Below are positions 9,744 to 19,727 of a DNA stretch of 64,000 bases, piece by piece. A program made the translations under genes and the position numbers. Within the stretch, counting starts at the first letter, position 1. Every line of letters begins with the position of its first letter. The stretch covers positions 7,102 through 71,101 of the forward strand of contig QZKI01000121.1 of assembly GCA_003598055.1 (NCBI GenBank), given 5' to 3'. This DNA comes from Candidatus Abyssobacteria bacterium SURF_17 (GTDB taxonomy: Bacteria > Abyssobacteria > SURF-5). The notes below the pieces were generated by a model. That model saw only the letters and a program-made list of their open reading frames with translations. It made no database searches and had not been told where the DNA came from.

Positions 9744-10472
9744 ATGAAACGCGCATGGTCTGTTTTGATTCTCGCTATCGTGATTCTCTGCACGGCGGTG
9801 TGCACCGCCAACGCCATTGAGGTCTCGCCGGATATGGAGGGCTACTTCAAGGTCGGCTACACCGACGGCAATACGTATGCCGTGAGGCTCGAGCTGGGCG
9901 AGGGTGCAGTGAAAGCCTACATTCTGCCATACGACTTTCTCTATCTCGGCATGGTCGCAGAGGACGGCATTTACTTCTCCGACCGGAACAATCCGAACAG
10001 ATGGGGAGTGCTGAGGGAATTTGACGGCAACACGGCTCTCATCACCGGGCATGACGCAGATGCGGGCAAGACGCGCGAGTTTTCAGCCATCAGAATAACC
10101 GAAGAAGAAGCAGTGGAAATCGCCGAAGAAACCCGCCAAAGAGATGCAAACGATGGATGCGTCCACAACCTCAAGCAGCTCGGGCTGTACCTGCATCTGT
10201 TCGCGAAGGATCATGACGGCGAGCTTCCCTATGACCTTGCAGAGCTCTTTCCGGAATATGTCACGGACAAGAGCGTTTTCGTGTGCCCTTCGCGCGGAGG
10301 CGAGTTCAGGGATTTCGAAATGGATTACGAATACATCCCCGGCTTTCGGAGCAATAGTCCAAATGCCTCTCAGGAGGCGGTGCTGATTGAGGTAGGGGGC
10401 AACCACACCTCTCCAACGGATTCCTATCACGTCCTCTATTTGGACGGTCATGTCGAGGGAAAGACAAGATAA
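9744..10472 (+). CDS. Exported protein with C-terminal DUF1559/H-X9-DG-like module
   Basis: Sec-type signal peptide; CVHNLKQLGL...FAKDHDGELP, FVCPS and terminal H...VLYLDGHV motifs. Confidence 0.75.
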   Translation: MKRAWSVLILAIVILCTAVCTANAIEVSPDMEGYFKVGYTDGNTYAVRLELGEGAVKAYILPYDFLYLGMVAEDGIYFSDRNNPNRWGVLREFDGNTALITGHDADAGKTREFSAIRITEEEAVEIAEETRQRDANDGCVHNLKQLGLYLHLFAKDHDGELPYDLAELFPEYVTDKSVFVCPSRGGEFRDFEMDYEYIPGFRSNSPNASQEAVLIEVGGNHTSPTDSYHVLYLDGHVEGKTR

Positions 10473-10488
10473 GCCCTGGACATCCGGC

Positions 10489-10680
10489 ATGCCCTTTTCT
10501 TATCAGCTTCCCTTTCCGCTAGTCTACCTCGGGCTCTTTTGTCTCATATCTTTTGCCGTGGTGCCGCTCGTCGTGCGGGCATTTATTGTTATGCAGTTCA
10601 GAATAGGAAAACGACCTCTTACTTCCGAGGATTTGATCGCCTCCATGTCCGGCAGCATCATGGGTGTTTCTGCGTCTTAA
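10489..10680 (+). CDS. Possible small membrane protein or gene remnant
   Basis: Hydrophobic stretch LVYLGLFCLISFAVVPLVVRAFIV; no recognisable family. Confidence 0.3.
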   Translation: MPFSYQLPFPLVYLGLFCLISFAVVPLVVRAFIVMQFRIGKRPLTSEDLIASMSGSIMGVSAS

Positions 10681-11060
10681 GTAGGCGCGGCTTCATTTCC
10701 GAGTTCGCACTTCAGTGATCTCCCACAAAAGTGAGGACCCCGTTTTCATTCCCACACTCATCTTCTCGAGTACTGAGCAATCCTATCTCTACGGCCGCTG
10801 GATAAGAGCAGTTGAATGATGAGAATGTGCGCTGCGCGTGCGCACGATATATGCACTGCTTTCTGATAAAATTTACCTTTACCATCCGTGCAGATAGCAA
10901 ATCACTCTTGACGGAAGTCTTGGTTACGGTGGGAAGCTTCTTGCCCTGCTTGTTTCAATCGGCGTACCCTTGTTTTTCTTTGAGTTTTTTTGATATTATC
11001 TGGGCACACAAATTGCTCGACCAGTGCAGTCTCACCATGCGAGAGGGAGGAGAAAGGTCA

Positions 11061-11846
11061 ATGGGAAAACTTGACGGAAGAATCGCAATAATCACCGGCG
11101 CCGCAATGGGAAATGGCGAAGGCATCGCAAGAGTAATGGCCAAGCACGGTGCACACGTCGTGCTGTGGGATATTTCGGAAAGAGTCTACGAAACAGCCAA
11201 ATCAATACAATCGGGCGGGCGCGAAGCGACCCCTTATAAGGTGGATGTGAGAAGCTTCGAACAATGCAAAGAAGCGGCCGATGACGCCATCGCCAAATTC
11301 GGCAAGGTCGACGTCCTCTGTAACAATGCCGGGGTGACTCGGATGGTTCCCTTTCTCGAAATGTCCGATGAGGTGAGGGACTTTCAATTTGATGTCAACA
11401 TCAAAGGCGTTTGGAACTGCACGAAGGCTGTCCTTCCCAACATGAAACAGAACCAGTATGGTCGGATCATTATCATGTCGTCGGTGACGGGGCCAATGGT
11501 CGCAAACACGGGCGAGACGGCATATGCGACAACCAAGGCCGCCTTATGGGGATTCACAAAAGCGCTCGCGATCGAAGTCGTCAAGGACAACATCACGGTG
11601 AACGCGATTTGTCCGGGCATGATACGAACGCCTATGGTGGAAAATGAAGCGAGAAAGTTCAGTCCGGACGACCCGGACTCGGTTCTCGACATGATAGCGA
11701 GCACAATCCCGATGGGCAGACTCGGGAATCCTTTGGAGATTGGAGAGCTGGCCGCGTTTCTTGCCTCCGACGAGTCGAGCTATATCACCGGCGCCCACGT
11801 TGTCATTGACGGCGGCAATTCCTTGCCCGAAATTCCGATGCCGTAG
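11061..11846 (+). CDS. SDR family oxidoreductase (UcpA-like)
   Basis: TGAAMGNG, NNAG, YATTK catalytic motif, VNAICPG; GGAGGAG RBS before ATG 11061. Confidence 0.92.
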   Translation: MGKLDGRIAIITGAAMGNGEGIARVMAKHGAHVVLWDISERVYETAKSIQSGGREATPYKVDVRSFEQCKEAADDAIAKFGKVDVLCNNAGVTRMVPFLEMSDEVRDFQFDVNIKGVWNCTKAVLPNMKQNQYGRIIIMSSVTGPMVANTGETAYATTKAALWGFTKALAIEVVKDNITVNAICPGMIRTPMVENEARKFSPDDPDSVLDMIASTIPMGRLGNPLEIGELAAFLASDESSYITGAHVVIDGGNSLPEIPMP

Positions 11847-11883
11847 CCGAGTCCAATACGCTGGCGATAAAACTCGAGCAAGA

Positions 11884-11909
11884 TGCAGGGGCGGACCTCG
11901 CCCCCTGCA
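11884..11909. repeat. REP-like hairpin / possible terminator
   Basis: tgcaggggcg-gacct-cgccccctgca imperfect stem just after the SDR gene. Confidence 0.45.
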
Positions 11910-11956
11910 CTAATAAGGTTCAGCTTTCTGAATTCCTGTGTGATTCTTCCGACGTA

Positions 11957-12091
11957 GTCATTGCGAGGGAGCAAAGGGTCGCAGACCCGAGCGACCGAAG
12001 CAATCTCATCGGCAGCATTTGGAGACACATAAAGAGATTGCTTCGCTCGGGTCCGAGACCGTCGGGCTTAAGGCCCTTCGCTCGCAATGAC
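11957..12091. repeat. GTCATTGCGAG...CTCGCAATGAC palindromic element, copy 2
   Basis: Same TIRs and same inner hairpins (gggtcgcagaccc; gggctta-n-ggccc) as 6906-7008, with longer spacers. Confidence 0.8.
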
Positions 12092-12191
12092 GGTTTTTCG
12101 GTTGCGCCTATGCAGTGCTGTGGAACATCAGTGCTTATTTACCATTATCAATGGTCAATATTTCTTGCGGACATCAGTGAAAGGAGATTGC

Positions 12192-13367
12192 ATGTCTGAA
12201 ATCATTGAAGGGAAATCATACGTTTTTCTTTCGCCCTCCAAGATAATTTTCGGGATGGGCGCGGCGAAATCGGTAGGCGATGAAGTGAAGCGATTGGGCG
12301 GGAGCAAGGTTCTGATCGTGACCGACTCAATTTTGCTGAAAGCGGACGTGATCCGGCCTGTGGTCGAGTCGCTGGAAACCGCAGGAATCCCGCATGTCAT
12401 TTATGATGGCGTGGAGCCGGACCCCCCGACGGAACTGGTGGACGAAGCGACGGACAAATACCGCAAAGAACGTTGTGACTTGGTGGTCGGTATTGGCGGA
12501 GCGAGTTCGCTCGACGTGGCAAAGGGCGTTTCGGTCGTGGCCACGAATTCAGAAAAAGTTATGGACGTATGCGGATTTGAGCAGGCCACCAAGAGAGCCG
12601 CGCCAAAAATTCTTCTCTCGACTACGCATACTGCCGGAGGAGAATTGAGCCCCTATGTCATCATGCACATGTCACGGGAAGACCACAGCCTCATGCCGAT
12701 CGTGAGCGAGTATGCGATACCTGAAGTGGCGATCATGGACCCGCTTCTTACCGTTTCGATGCCGCCGTCGGTCACGCTCGAGACCGGCTTAGATTCGCTT
12801 GTAACCGCCATCGAGGCGCTTGTCGCCGCAAACGCGAATCCGTTCTCGGACGTTTTTGCGGAGCCGGCTATCAAGATGGGGACCGAGTACCTTCCTGTTG
12901 CCTGGGCAAAAGGGTCGAATCTGACCGCCAGGTATTTTATGTGTCTCACGGCAACGTTTTCCGGCATAGCCTTCGTGGCTTCGAGTGTTGGAGCGGTACA
13001 TGCGTTATCGTACGCCATCGGGAGCGCGTATCACCTTAGTCATGGCCGCTCGCTTGCCGTGCTTCTCCCTCACGTTATGAAATTCAACCTGCCCGGGAAT
13101 CCGTCGAGATATGCGCGCGTCGCTGCTCTGATGGGGAAGAGCATAGAAGGACTTTCCCTGATGGAGGCCGCGCAGTTGGCCGTCGAGGGCGCCAAAGAAA
13201 TTCTGCAGACCTTGGGCGTCTCCACTCGATTGCGCGATTACGGCGCATCCGAAGGGGACCTGCCTCGTTTAGCCGACGAAACGATGGAAACGATAGGCTT
13301 TTTCGGATACAATCCGAGGGATTTGGATGAAGAAAAGATACGTGGGATCTATCAAGCTGCATATTGA
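12192..13367 (+). CDS. Iron-containing alcohol dehydrogenase family protein (atypical motifs)
   Basis: PSKIIFGMGA, VEPDP, GIGGASSLDVAK, DPLLTVSMPP, VHAL...SHG; AAGGAG RBS. Confidence 0.88.
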   Translation: MSEIIEGKSYVFLSPSKIIFGMGAAKSVGDEVKRLGGSKVLIVTDSILLKADVIRPVVESLETAGIPHVIYDGVEPDPPTELVDEATDKYRKERCDLVVGIGGASSLDVAKGVSVVATNSEKVMDVCGFEQATKRAAPKILLSTTHTAGGELSPYVIMHMSREDHSLMPIVSEYAIPEVAIMDPLLTVSMPPSVTLETGLDSLVTAIEALVAANANPFSDVFAEPAIKMGTEYLPVAWAKGSNLTARYFMCLTATFSGIAFVASSVGAVHALSYAIGSAYHLSHGRSLAVLLPHVMKFNLPGNPSRYARVAALMGKSIEGLSLMEAAQLAVEGAKEILQTLGVSTRLRDYGASEGDLPRLADETMETIGFFGYNPRDLDEEKIRGIYQAAY

Positions 13368-13404
13368 CGCAGATGCGACAGTCAGGCATTGTGGAGGAGA
13401 TGTT

Positions 13405-14808
13405 ATGAGCGAGAAGAAAATAGTGTATCCCTATATCCCCAACTCGGTCAGCACGGTCAAGGCGCAAATGATGAAGGAAGTTGGCATCAGCGACATCATG
13501 GAATTATATGATGAAATCCCTGAACATTTGCGGTTCAAGGAAAAGATGAATCTGCCCGAGCCGATTCTGGATGAATATTCCATACGAAAACATGTCGAAG
13601 GCCTGCTGAATAGGAACAAGAACTGTTCCGAATATCTCAATTTTTTGGGCGCCGGCTGCGCACAGCATTATGTGCCCGCAGTATGCGACGAAATCAACGG
13701 CCGCGGCGAGTTCCTGACAGCATATTCGGGGTTTTTCTGGGGCGACCATGGCAAATGGCAGGCGTGGTTCGAATACCAGAGCCTGATGGGCGAATTGCTC
13801 GATATGGACCATCTGAGCGTTCCGCAGTATGACGGCGCGCAGGCGGCTGCATCCTCCCTGCGAATGGCTTCAAGAATCAATGGACGGAAAGAAGTTCTCC
13901 TGCCAAAGACAATGAATCCGGAAATCCTGCTGGTGGTGCGAAACTACTTGAAGGGCGCTGCCGGTTCGGAAATCGCGAGCACGATGATCGGGTTCGACCC
14001 AAAGACGGGTCTGCTCGACCTCGATGACCTGAGGTCCAAGATTTCGGACGCGACGGCAGCGGTGTTCATTGAGAACCCATCCTATCTCGGGATGATCGAA
14101 AGTCAAGCTGAAGAGATTGGGAAGATTGCCCGCGAAAATGGCGCTGAGTTCGTCGTCTATACTGACCCAATTGCGCTCGGCATGATTGCTCCTCCCGCCC
14201 ATTACGGCGCTACGATAGCGTGCGGAGACCTTCATCCGCTTGGAATTCATATGCAATGTGGCGGGGGACAGGGTGGGTTTGTCGCAACACACGACGATAT
14301 GGAGCATGCATCGCAATTCAAGGACTTCGTCGTCAGCCTGACTGATACCGTCGTTGAAGGCGAGTACGGCCTCGGGTTGGTATTGCCCATGAATCTTTCG
14401 TACCTTGCCCGGGAAGAAGCAAAAGAGTATACGGGCACGAGCACTGGCCTCTGGGCGATCACCGCGGCAGTGTACCTTTCCTTGATGGGACCCAAAGGCA
14501 TGGAGGAAATTGCCCAAACCATCATGCAAAAAGCACAGTACGCGGCCAAAAAAATCGCACAATTAGACGGAGTCGAATTGCGGTTCAGCTCGCCATTCTT
14601 CAAAGAATTCGTTGTAAATTTTGATAAGAGCGGCAAGAGCGTAAAGAAGATAAATAAGGCATTGCTCAAGCACAGGATTTTCGGCGGGAAGGATATTTCG
14701 CGAGAATTTCCTGAGTTCGGCCAAAGCGCTCTCTACTGTGTGACGGAGATCATGACGAAGGAAGACATTGATAGGTTGGTTGGCGCTCTTGCGAAAGTTG
14801 CAAAATGA
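13405..14808 (+). CDS. Glycine dehydrogenase (decarboxylating) subunit 1-like (GcvPA-like), divergent paralog
   Basis: YPYIPNS, FLGAG, EFLTAY, FEYQS, YDGA, ENPSYLG, FFKEFV, CVTE motifs; GGAGG RBS. Confidence 0.88.
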   Translation: MSEKKIVYPYIPNSVSTVKAQMMKEVGISDIMELYDEIPEHLRFKEKMNLPEPILDEYSIRKHVEGLLNRNKNCSEYLNFLGAGCAQHYVPAVCDEINGRGEFLTAYSGFFWGDHGKWQAWFEYQSLMGELLDMDHLSVPQYDGAQAAASSLRMASRINGRKEVLLPKTMNPEILLVVRNYLKGAAGSEIASTMIGFDPKTGLLDLDDLRSKISDATAAVFIENPSYLGMIESQAEEIGKIARENGAEFVVYTDPIALGMIAPPAHYGATIACGDLHPLGIHMQCGGGQGGFVATHDDMEHASQFKDFVVSLTDTVVEGEYGLGLVLPMNLSYLAREEAKEYTGTSTGLWAITAAVYLSLMGPKGMEEIAQTIMQKAQYAAKKIAQLDGVELRFSSPFFKEFVVNFDKSGKSVKKINKALLKHRIFGGKDISREFPEFGQSALYCVTEIMTKEDIDRLVGALAKVAK

Positions 14809-14862
14809 ATTCTGGGCGACGGATTGCAGACCGCAAGCCTGCTTGAGAAAGGACATACACCC

Positions 14863-16425
14863 ATGGGTAGAAATAGCAAAACATTACTTCGAAAGTTTCA
14901 TCAGGCTCGTTGGGATGAGGAAATCATCTTCGAACTGAGCGTGCCGGGCGAGAGAGGAATTCTGGTTCCGAGGGCTGAGGATGGCATTCGAGCTGAGGTG
15001 GGCGATGGCATATCAGTGATTCCGAACAACCTCAAGAGGGAAAAGCCCGCAGGTCTTCCGGAAATTAATCAGATGCGGGTTCTAAGGCACTTCATGCGGC
15101 TTTCGCAAGAAACCCTGGGCGCCGATATCGCTCCAGACATCGGAGAAGGCACGTGCACCATGAAGTACAGCCCAAAGGTTCAGGAACACCTGGCCGCAAG
15201 ACATCCGGGCATGGTGGAAATCCATCCTTTACAAGACGAGAACACGATCCAGGGAATTTTGGAGATATATTACAAGTTGGAACAGTTTCTGAAGGAAATC
15301 TCCGGCCTCACATACTTCTCTCTGCAGCCGAGCAGCGGCAGCCAGGCGATTTATGCGAATGCATCCATTGTGAGAGCATATCATGCATCCAGGGGCGATA
15401 ATAAGCGGGACGAAATCATCACCACAATGTTTTCACACCCCGTTGATGCTGCCGCTCCCGCAACCGCCGGGTACAAAGTCATCACGTTGATGCCGGGCGA
15501 AAACGGCTATCCGGACCTGGGCGCAATGAAAGATGCCCTTTCCGAGCGCACAGCGGGAATCTTCATCACAAACCCCGAAGATACCGGTATCTACAACTCG
15601 ACGATTGATGAGTACGTGAAAGCGGCTCACGACGTGGGGGCTTTGTGCTCGTACGATCAGGCAAACGCCAATGGACTGCTTGGTATCGCCCGGGCGAAGG
15701 AAGCCGGATTCGACCTGTGCCACTTCAACATTCATAAAACCTTCTCGGCTCCACACGGCTGCATGGGGCCGGCCATGGGCGCCATCGGGGTAACCAAGGA
15801 ACTGGGGGAATACCTTCCCGTGCCCAGGGTGAAGTTTGACGGGAAGAAGTACTATTTAGATTACAAAAGACCCAAGAGCATCGGCCGCGTCAGGTGCTTT
15901 TTCGGAAATACTCCGCTCGCATTGAAGGCCTACGCATGGATCATGCAGCACGGCGCTGACGGCCTGAAAGAGGCCGCCGAAATATCGGTTCTCAATAACA
16001 ACTACATGGAAAAAAAGATACGAGAAATTCCAGGCGTCGTGGTGAAGTACGCCGAGGGCAAGCGCAGGCTGGAACAAGTGCGCTACTCTTGGGAGAAGCT
16101 GATGGAGGATGTCGGTGTGGGCACGGATGACGTCGAGCGCCGAATGGTTGACTACGGGCTGCCGCACTATTTCCAGAGCCACCATCCCCATGTCGTGCCC
16201 GAGCCATTTACGCTCGAACCTTGCGAATCCTACTCGAAAGATGACATTGACGAGTTTGTGGCGGTTATGCGACAGATATCAAAGGAAGCCCACGAGGACC
16301 CGGAACTTGTCCGCAACGCGCCGCACAACGCTCCCATCCACAATATACCGATGCCGGTCATCTTCGACCCTGAAGAAATGGCGACTACATGGCGCAAGTA
16401 CAAGAGGATGAAGGGAATCAAGTAG
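14863..16425 (+). CDS. Glycine dehydrogenase subunit 2-like (GcvPB-like), divergent paralog
   Basis: CTMKYSP, IHPLQ, TNPEDTG, DQAN, PLP lysine motif HFNIHKTFSAPHG, NAPHNAP. Confidence 0.88.
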   Translation: MGRNSKTLLRKFHQARWDEEIIFELSVPGERGILVPRAEDGIRAEVGDGISVIPNNLKREKPAGLPEINQMRVLRHFMRLSQETLGADIAPDIGEGTCTMKYSPKVQEHLAARHPGMVEIHPLQDENTIQGILEIYYKLEQFLKEISGLTYFSLQPSSGSQAIYANASIVRAYHASRGDNKRDEIITTMFSHPVDAAAPATAGYKVITLMPGENGYPDLGAMKDALSERTAGIFITNPEDTGIYNSTIDEYVKAAHDVGALCSYDQANANGLLGIARAKEAGFDLCHFNIHKTFSAPHGCMGPAMGAIGVTKELGEYLPVPRVKFDGKKYYLDYKRPKSIGRVRCFFGNTPLALKAYAWIMQHGADGLKEAAEISVLNNNYMEKKIREIPGVVVKYAEGKRRLEQVRYSWEKLMEDVGVGTDDVERRMVDYGLPHYFQSHHPHVVPEPFTLEPCESYSKDDIDEFVAVMRQISKEAHEDPELVRNAPHNAPIHNIPMPVIFDPEEMATTWRKYKRMKGIK

Positions 16426-16456
16426 TTCTGCAAACGGTATTCGCTGACATATAGAA

Positions 16457-17572
16457 ATGAGAAAATTGGGAGTCATAGTTAATCCCGTCGCCGGCATGGG
16501 CGGACGGGTAGGGTTGAAGGGAAGTGATGGCCCCGATATTCTTCGCCGCGCGCGGGAATTGGGCGCACATCCCCAATCTCCCTCGAGGGCGGTCGAGGCA
16601 CTTAAGGTCGTCTCACGGCTAAAGGATACTATTGCTGTCATCACGTATCCAGCCGAGATGGGAGAATACGAATGCGTAGAGGCAGGCCTGCGGCCGACCG
16701 TTATCGGTTACATCCGCAGCACAGAGACCACCCCGCAAGACACCCAAAAGGCTGCCCAGGAGATGGCCGCGGAAAATGTCGACCTGATCCTCTTTGCCGG
16801 CGGAGACGGAACCGCGCGTGACATCTGTGATGCAATCGGACAGAAAACGACAGTGCTCGGAATACCAACCGGCGTAAAAATCCATTCGGGCGTGTACGCG
16901 GTCACTCCCAAGAGCGCCGGCGAGGTGGCAGCGATGTTCTTGGAAGGTAAATTGAAGGCCACGCGGGAGGCTGAGGTCATGGATATAGATGAGGACGCCT
17001 TCCGAAACGGTGTTCTAACCGCGAAACTCTACGGCTATCTCCTGGTTCCCGAGGAAAAGAGGTTTGTCCAGAGTGTCAAGTCTGGAGGTGTTCGCGCGGA
17101 AGCACAATCGCTTCATGCCATAGCTGCGGATGTAATTGCCGGGATGAACGAAGGCAATTACTACATCATCGGGCCGGGCACGACAACGCGGGCTATCATG
17201 GAGCGCTTAGGGCTGAAAAACACGCTGCTTGGGGTAGACGTCATTCTCAATAAAGAGCTTGTGGCAAATGACGCCAGTGAGAGTCAGCTATTAGACTTGA
17301 TACAAGGCAAAGAAGCAAAAATCGTTGTGACGGTAATCGGCGGCCAAGGCCACCTTTTCGGCCGCGGAAATCAACAGATCAGCCCACGTGTCATCCGCAT
17401 GGTGGGAAAGAAAAACATCATCGTCATCGCCACGAAGGAGAAGCTAATCTCATTATCCGGCAGACCGCTGCTGGTGGACACCGGCGATGAAGAGCTCAAT
17501 CAAGAACTCACGGGCTACATACGAGTGACGACCGGGTTCAGAGATTATGTGATGTACAGAGTGGGTTTCTGA
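16457..17572 (+). CDS. ATP-NAD kinase / AcoX-like family protein (COG3199-like)
   Basis: VNPVAGMGG, FAGGDGTARD, GIPTGVKIHSGV, GPGTT, GGQGHLFGRGNQQ, LLVDTGD. Confidence 0.88.
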   Translation: MRKLGVIVNPVAGMGGRVGLKGSDGPDILRRARELGAHPQSPSRAVEALKVVSRLKDTIAVITYPAEMGEYECVEAGLRPTVIGYIRSTETTPQDTQKAAQEMAAENVDLILFAGGDGTARDICDAIGQKTTVLGIPTGVKIHSGVYAVTPKSAGEVAAMFLEGKLKATREAEVMDIDEDAFRNGVLTAKLYGYLLVPEEKRFVQSVKSGGVRAEAQSLHAIAADVIAGMNEGNYYIIGPGTTTRAIMERLGLKNTLLGVDVILNKELVANDASESQLLDLIQGKEAKIVVTVIGGQGHLFGRGNQQISPRVIRMVGKKNIIVIATKEKLISLSGRPLLVDTGDEELNQELTGYIRVTTGFRDYVMYRVGF

Positions 17573-17981
17573 GTCCCGGGCCGGGCCTATACCTGGCTGG
17601 ATGAATCAATGCCAATTACTCACTTAAGCTTTGGCGGACGAGCGCGATCAGCGGAAAAACCGGAGACTAGACATCACCCGATTCCCGCAGGTGGTGACAA
17701 GTCCCGCATCTCTGATATCAACCAGCAAATCTGACCTATTTAAATATTCATGTAAGCAAGAGTTCCGACAGAATTCCTCACTTGTGCCCGTTCTTACTTG
17801 CGCCCGTTCTTCAAGAAGTCAAGATTTCGTTTCTTGTTCAGCCGGTTGTGCAACTAACTGAGTCATCATAATTCCAGCGCTAACATCAAGAACGCAAACG
17901 TACATTGGCAATCAACTGGAAAACCGGCCATACTATTCTTAAGATAGGATAAGTGCATGCAAAGAGCAGGAGAAGAAACCC

Positions 17982-18299
17982 ATGAAAACTCAAGAACAAA
18001 AGACGCAAGAATCACAGGAAAGAAAAGCGTATCGCGAAAAGATGGAGGCTCAGCTCAAAGAATGGAGTGCAAAGATCGACCTACTCAAGGCCAAGGCTGA
18101 TAAGGCAGGAGCCGAAGCCAAGATCGAGTATCACCAGCGAATCAATGAGCTGCGGCAGAAAAAAGAAATCATGCGCGGACGCCTCGAAGAGCTGAAAGAA
18201 GCCAGCGGCGAAGCATGGGACTCGTTGAAGTCGGGTGTCCAAAAAGCTCGCGATGACCTCAAGAAGGGCGTGGAAAGCGCAATCGCGAAATTCAAATAG
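17982..18299 (+). CDS. Small coiled-coil stress-associated protein (Sll1863-like)
   Basis: KAYREKMEAQLKEWSAKIDLLKAKA...ASGEAWDSLKSG; AGGAG RBS. Confidence 0.8.
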   Translation: MKTQEQKTQESQERKAYREKMEAQLKEWSAKIDLLKAKADKAGAEAKIEYHQRINELRQKKEIMRGRLEELKEASGEAWDSLKSGVQKARDDLKKGVESAIAKFK

Positions 18300-18521
18300 A
18301 ACGTTTACGGTTCCTCCCCGTGAAGATAGCCAACAACGTACAGCGAAAAAGATTCAAGGCTGCTGTCATTTCGCAGTTCGTCGCACTTGTACTGTCCGTC
18401 TTTGTCACGAGAATTGCGAAAGTGGTACGATAACGAGTGGTGTTACGCCAATCAAATGGTACGGGGGGCCGTTCGCGTCATTACGTCTTCTGTGCTAACC
18501 TAAATAAGAGGGAGGTTGCTC

Positions 18522-19655
18522 ATGTTCGGGAAAAGTATCAAACTCTTCAAACTGTTTGGATTCTCGGTCAAGGTGGACATGAGCTGGATCATCATCGCCA
18601 TTTTGGTCGCCTGGTCGCTTTCTGTGGGGCTTTTCCCCCATCAGTTCAAAGGGCTTGCGGCACGGACCTATTGGCTGATGGGAATTGTGGGCGCTCTGGG
18701 ACTGTTCGCGTCGATCATATTTCACGAGATGTGCCATTCGCTCGTAGCGCGACAGTTCGGGCTGCCGATGAAAGGGATAACGCTCTTCATTTTCGGCGGC
18801 GTGGCCGAAATGGATGACGAGCCACCGAGCGCAAAGGCGGAGTTCATGATGGCTATCGCCGGACCGATCTCCAGCATTGTCCTCGCAGTGGGCTTCTACG
18901 CCGTCTCTTTGCTGGGGAAAAGCGCGCCGTGGCCCGGGCCGGTCACCGGTGTCCTCCAATACCTCGGGATGATTAATGGTTTGCTTGCCGCCTTCAATCT
19001 TGTTCCGGCATTTCCGCTCGATGGCGGAAGAGTCCTGAGGGCTGCGCTCTGGAGCTGGAAGAAGAATATCAAGTGGGCGACGCGCAAAGCCGCGGCAGCC
19101 GGGTCGGCGTTCGGATTGGTCCTCATCATACTGGGCGTATTTAATGTATTGGCCGGACGGTTTGTCGGGGGCATGTGGTGGTTTCTGATAGGGATGTTCC
19201 TCCGCGGCGCGGCGAATACGTCTTATCAGCAACTTGTGATACGGCAGGCGCTCGAAGGCGAGCCCATTAGACGCTTTATGGAACCAAATCCGGTCACGGT
19301 GCCGCCGTCGATTACAATCAATGAGCTGGTCGAAGACTACGTGTATAAGTACCACTTCAAGATGTTTCCGGTTACGGAGGAAGGTAAGCTCGTCGGGTGC
19401 GTCAGCACGCGACAGGTAAAGGAAATACCACGCGAAGAGTGGTCGCAGCGAACGGTTGGGGAGTTGCAGGTGGCGTGTTCGGACGAAAACACGATAGAGC
19501 CTGATGCCGATTCGGTCAAGGCGCTTTCGCGGATGCGTAAGACGGACGGCAGCCGGCTGATGGTTGTCGAAAACGGCCGTGTTGTTGGGATCGTTTCCCT
19601 CAAGGACCTGCTGCAATTCCTCTCTCTCAAAGTGGAACTCGAAGAGGAATCGTAA
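18522..19655 (+). CDS. Site-2 protease (M50) with tandem CBS domains
   Basis: HEMCH zinc motif, FNLVPAFPLDGGR, C-terminal CBS pair; GGAGG RBS. Confidence 0.93.
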   Translation: MFGKSIKLFKLFGFSVKVDMSWIIIAILVAWSLSVGLFPHQFKGLAARTYWLMGIVGALGLFASIIFHEMCHSLVARQFGLPMKGITLFIFGGVAEMDDEPPSAKAEFMMAIAGPISSIVLAVGFYAVSLLGKSAPWPGPVTGVLQYLGMINGLLAAFNLVPAFPLDGGRVLRAALWSWKKNIKWATRKAAAAGSAFGLVLIILGVFNVLAGRFVGGMWWFLIGMFLRGAANTSYQQLVIRQALEGEPIRRFMEPNPVTVPPSITINELVEDYVYKYHFKMFPVTEEGKLVGCVSTRQVKEIPREEWSQRTVGELQVACSDENTIEPDADSVKALSRMRKTDGSRLMVVENGRVVGIVSLKDLLQFLSLKVELEEES

Positions 19656-19727
19656 ACTCGAACAACGGTTCCACGACATCACGCTGCTGCGGATGAGTCG
19701 TAAGAAAGGAGAGGCGCAATCCGACGA

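Noticed and set aside
10812-11060. N-terminal extensions in the ORF track (also at 12087, 13327, 40073, 57568, 60320, 63548)
   Set aside because: Downstream starts have better RBS and match family N-termini; some extensions run through repeats or promoters
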